The position numbers and the translations under genes are program-made. Source: Lama guanicoe (taxonomy: Eukaryota). From it: DNA of 64,000 nucleotides. Shown here piece by piece: positions 59,261 through 64,000 of this stretch; position 1 is the first letter of the stretch, and the number at the start of each line of letters is the position of its first letter. Below the pieces are notes generated by a model. It saw only the letters and a list, made by a program, of their open reading frames with translations, was not told the origin of the DNA and searched no databases. The stretch is from contig MU053574.1 in NCBI GenBank assembly GCA_013239625.1, positions 371,844 through 435,843 of the forward strand, read 5' to 3'.

Positions 59261-62200
59261 TGCACAAGTCACCTGCTGCCATGTGAGCATGGCCTCTGCG
59301 GGCAAGGGTGAGGGCCAGGGGCTGGTCACCAGCAGTTGTGGTCACCAGGATATAGATGATAGAAATGGGCCGGGCCAGCAGATGCCGCCAAGTGCCCATC
59401 ACATGCCGAGCACACTAGAACAGCAGCCTCGGTTGTGGCCTGAACGCTGCGGCAAGCCAGCAGCGCGAAGGTGAAAGATGAGGTCCCAGTAATTGCCCGT
59501 AACCACCAGCAAATGATGAGCGTGTGTCCTGCTCGTCTGGCTGCCGGTAATACCCTGTCCAAGCATTTCCCTAGAATGAGTTCAGCAATTCCTGAGAGTC
59601 TTCCTGAGAACCTGCCTTTAGAGAAGAACAGGAACATTCTCTCAAGAGGAATAAAACGTTTGCCCGAGCGTAACTTTAGAGGTTGGTGCTTTGCTGGAAG
59701 TTAGGGAAACCCAGCTTGCGGTGCAGTGCGTAACAGCTTGCAGCAGAGTTTCTGGGTTCATAACAGAGTGGCAGCGAAGGGAAGGAAGTCAAAGTCACAC
59801 CACCGTTGTGACGTTGATGGCAGAGGTAGGTGCTTTGGATGTTCTGGTGAGACCACAACCATTTCAGGGTGCCTGGGGCACCAGCGTAAAAGTTACAGGA
59901 AATAATTCCCAGAGAATGTGATTTTTGTGTTTTCTCTCATTGTTGTTACCATTGAACTTACTAATCCCAAGAGGCAGGCAGAGCTCGTTGTCTTCTTGTA
60001 AAGAATGTCGGAGTGGGGCCACTCCCCAGCGTGTATGTCCCAGAAAGGAAATAAGTGTACCCTTTTTTAAGGAAACTGCCTAGAGTAGATGTTGGTCACC
60101 CCACATCAGACGTTAGGTTCCCCGCACTCTTCTCACTCCTCTTGGGGCTGCGAATCCCGGAGGCTTGGGGCTGCGCCCGTGGCTGCCACGCCCTGTGAGT
60201 GGGTACTGTCTTCAGCCCTTCAGTCTGCATGTGCCAATTCCCCACTACCGACTCGCCTCCCTTCTTGCCATTTCAGAGCCCACCTCATGAATGATTAACA
60301 AAGCAGCTGGGCTTTGCCTTTATGGCAGAAAACTAGCTGGAACCTGGGCCAAGTGTGCGTTTGTTTTCCTTTTGCATTTTCTGACCCAGTCATTGCTGGT
60401 AACCAGCATTTCATTGTTGTCACTTTCCAGAAGTGGTTACCCCTTTTTCCCTCTCATTTCTTGCACCTCGTAGCTAGAGATTCAAGTAGTAAAGCCTGAG
60501 GTAACCTAAGTTTGAACTCTAGGCTTCTGAACAAAAATTTTGGAGAGCAGAGTCCTTTACCTGCACCCCACCCCTTGTCCTGTGGTTGGAGCCTCTCCTC
60601 CCTGAAGAGCAGGGACCACGTGTGTAGGAGTTGTGCCTGGCCTGGAAGAGGTGCTTCTCAAAGTCAAGAAAACACAAGTCACTGATGAAACCATCCCTCG
60701 CCCGCCGGTGTGATCGGAGGTGGCTGGCTACTCAGCCAGATGCTTTGTCTTTAGGAGGGCTGTAATGAGCTGCCTCCTTGCCCACGTCCTCTGGGTAGTC
60801 GTCGCTGAGGATGTGCTGGCTGGGGAGATGCCTGCGCCTCCTCCGCGCAGACCGGGCTCTTCTGAGCGCAGGGGTGGGTTTGGAGGAGCGAGGACGAGCG
60901 GCACCTTCTAGGCTGCAGTCCTGCTGCTTTCTGCTCCTGGATCCTGGGCATCGTCCATAGATCATTGACCATTCCTGATCAGATGTCAAAGATTTATTAA
61001 AGAACAAATGTGATTTGATTGCTAAAAAGGACAACATGTCCTTGTAAGTTATTTTAAATAAATTTCCCTTAATTTTGTCGTCCTTATGACCCTGAAATAG
61101 GACTCAGTGACATGAGGGTGCGCACTCTGATGGGCCAGTACTTCATCTGTCATCCCAGACAAGCGTCTGCTTTCGTTACGTCTCTGCTTTCTGCCTGTCT
61201 TGGCCCCACAGCCCCTGTTCCTTCTTGACATTCTTGACACTGTGATCACGTGCCACTTCCTGCCCCTTGGAAGGTCCTCCAGGCGGCTGTCGCTGCATCT
61301 GAGGATCCTGCTGCTCTGAATTATCCAAACCTGGGAGTCCACTCAAGTATGGGAGGCCCACCAGTGGTCACGACCCCCGTGAGACAGGAGCCTTGAGGAC
61401 AAGGAGGCTTAGTAAAAATACACAGCGAGAGACGCCCTGAACCTGACCAGCTGTCGAGGGCGAGGGCGCTTCTGCCATTTCTTGGTGAGCGCGTTGGCCC
61501 TGTACAGCCGAGTACGCACGTCTGCTGGGACAGTGGCTCTCCAGCCTCAGCCCTGGGCTGGCATGGAGGCGAGGGGGAAGGTGCAGGAGTGGAAGCGGAA
61601 GCTGGGGGCTAGTCTGCATCAGCATAGGGGAGCGAGGAGGCCTGGGCGCGGTCTCGGTCTGCCTTTTCAGTCCAGAGCAGGGGTTCGGGGTTGGGGGAGA
61701 GAGGGAGGTGGAGGAGATGAGGCCTGAGTCTGCGGGTCCTGGTAGTCGTACCGACTTCCCCTCTGAGGCCTTGAGCGTGTGGCAGAACCCTCCCCGCAGC
61801 ACAGACCATTTGAAGCGTTAAAGGTTTTCCTTGAAAAACCTAGTCCCCAGTTATTGAAAAGGGGGGTGAGCACAAATCTGAGAGGGGTGCAGAGGAGTTG
61901 CCTTGGTTATTATTTCTCATCGATTGGGAAAAGGAGTTCACTTTGCTCAGTAAATAGAGCTTTGATGGATTCCCAGGATCCTTCCAGGAGCTGATCTGCT
62001 AAAATGACACTTTTTATTACTGTTCATAAACGCCAGTCTCCAGGTACTGCTGGGATATTACGTTTAAGCTGTGGGCAAACTTGCCAGTCCAGTGGCTCAA
62101 CGGGCGAGGGCGAGAGAGGCTGGTGTTTAGTGCCTGCTGCCATCAGGCAGTGCAGCTCTGCTGGGCTCCCTGGCTGGCAGGAGAGCGGGGGGTACAGGCA

Positions 62201-63328
62201 GCGGGGACGGGGAGGGGCGACTTCAGAACAGTCCCCTCCCGCCCTGTGGGAGCGAGAAAAGGGCCGACGCTTGATCAGTTACTGCAAGATATTCAGGGGA
62301 ACTGAGTAATCGTTCCTCGAAGGGATGCTGCATCAAGGTGTAACCGGAGCTCCACCCTCCTGGGTACCAGCTCTGGCTCCTCTCTGGCCAGTGCCGGCTC
62401 TAGAACAGGGGCCTCTTTCTTGATTTTACAATAGGACTGAGATTTCCATGCTAGACCTTCCGATGAACACCTCTAAACTGCTGGCAATCCTCAACAGGTG
62501 AACTGGTTGGGCTATTTTAGAAATTTAACAATTTTTTCCTCCTTTTAAAAATTATCTTTTCATTTCGTTTTCTACACATTCTTCGAATGGATAAGGAACA
62601 CTCTGTAGGTCAGTCCTGGATACTTTAGAAAGAATTTGGTGTTACAATCCCATGAGTATACGAAGTGCTGGTCTCCGTGATTCCTTTGGATGGGGGAGCT
62701 GGCGGCGGGACTTGGGGTGAAGGCTGCATTTAGAAGTAATAAGAGTATACAGTAATAATACATAAGATGCCAGTCGTAAGAAAGCCTTTCAAATTTTGTA
62801 ACTTTTGCATGTATTAAGTATTCAAAAAAATTTAATATAATTAGGAAAAATTTTTCCTAGTTAAAATGTCTGATGATTTAGTTTTTCATAAGAAAATGAT
62901 AGACAGTGATCCTGTCTTAGTTTGTTCACTCATTCTCTCATCCACTAATTTACACAACAAACGTGTGTCCACGGCCTTCTGTGTGCCAGGTGCTGTGCGG
63001 GGCCCCACGGCTCTACTGGCAAAGAGAACAGGTCCCCTGCCCTCTGTTTCATTACAAGCTACACAGTAGAATCTGCGATTATATTGGGTTTATTCAAGTG
63101 AAATTATATTGGGTGAATTAATTGTGGCTGGTAGATTTTTTTTTTTGAGGAATTTGAAAAAACCCACACAACTGTAGATTTAGGTTGTTCGTGTCTGTTG
63201 TGCTATGCTGGTTGTGTGTCCATCACTGCCTGGCAGACTGAACTGCACAGGACAGTCGTGAGGCTGCGGCAGCTGGGGCAGCCGAGCCCCCACCCTGACG
63301 GCCTCCCTCCCCCTCACCTGTCTTTCAG

Positions 63329-63497
63329 CCCTGCAGTCCTTCATCCGGGCCTATGCAACCTACCCCCGGGAGCTGAAGCACATCTTCCACGTCCGCTTGC
63401 TCCACCTCGGGCACGTGGCTAAGAGCTTTGGGCTAAGAGATGCCCCCAAAAATCTTAGTGCCTTGTCTGTAAAGAAGAAGAAAGCAAACCTGAAGAG
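63329..63497 (+). CDS. DDX31: DDX31 exon 19
   Basis: TTCAG|CC ... GAG|GTAAGA. 169 nt, (A)[55 protein letters not shown](R): the C-terminal extension typical of Dbp7/Has1/Spb4-like helicases. The terminal exon is outside the window. Confidence 0.96.
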
Positions 63498-64000
63498 GTA
63501 AGATGAGCTGAATTGGGCCTATGACAAGCAGCTGAGGGGCAGATGGGTTTAGAGAGCTGTGTTCAGGTGGGTAGGGGTGGTATGGTGTGGTGGGCCGCCG
63601 TGTGCCCAGTGTGAACTCTTCCAACTTGGGTTTTTGCAGTAAATTATCACTGGTATCTGCTCTTCTCTCCATGTGATAAGTGCCGGGAACAGCAGGAGAA
63701 CTGCCTAATCTGAATGCTTGCAAGGCACCTGCAGAAATTCGGTGGTCTCCTGTTGTGCCCAGAGTAGTGGGGATTATTGGAGCAGCAAGACAGATCTGTT
63801 GGGCTGTCTTCACTGCCCACTGGTAGAGTAACTCGGAGACGCCGCAGTCAGACCTTCTCACGTGGTCCTTGCTGGAAAGCCTCTGACCTGCGCAGGGCGG
63901 CGTGTTCCATGAAACTCGGGGAAGCAGCCAGGCTCCCAGGGCCGCGTGCCGCTCTCCTTGGTGCTGATGCGCCTCCAATGCTGAGCACGACTAGAGACAA

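Noticed and set aside
1..64000. Novel multi-gene system, CRISPR array, intact transposon, or intronic snoRNA/miRNA
   Set aside because: All convincing coding sequence is accounted for by GTF3C4 and DDX31, and all mobile elements are decayed fragments. I recognised no structured ncRNA by eye; an Infernal/Rfam scan would be needed to exclude one.

Overview
Mammalian genomic DNA, probably from a camelid (inferred from tRNA-Ala-derived SINEs and L1 3' tails of the camel/alpaca type). It is orthologous to the human GTF3C4-DDX31 locus. Two genes sit head-to-head on one CpG island, with start codons 683 bp apart. GTF3C4 (TFIIIC90) is on the minus strand; coding exons 1-3 are present and the rest lie left of the window. 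DDX31 (DEAD-box helicase, Dbp7 family) is on the plus strand; coding exons 1-19 are present and the last exon lies right of the window. All 22 exons were located by hand, have GT-AG boundaries and join in frame. The DDX31 exons give 2015 coding nt with intact helicase motifs Q, I, Ia, Ib, II (DEAD), III (SAT), V and VI. Introns carry ordinary repeats (L2, MIR, CR1/L3, old L1M, young truncated L1, MER20, MLT1, SINEs). I see no new gene system. The points most worth checking are non-coding: enhancer-like blocks in DDX31 introns (possibly serving the neighbouring BARHL1 gene), two perfect Pol III B-boxes, a rare GAG splice acceptor, a closed N-terminal extension frame of DDX31, and signs of GC-biased substitution. 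Conservation cannot be seen from one sequence, so those claims are inference. Repeat family names and human comparisons are from recall, not searches.
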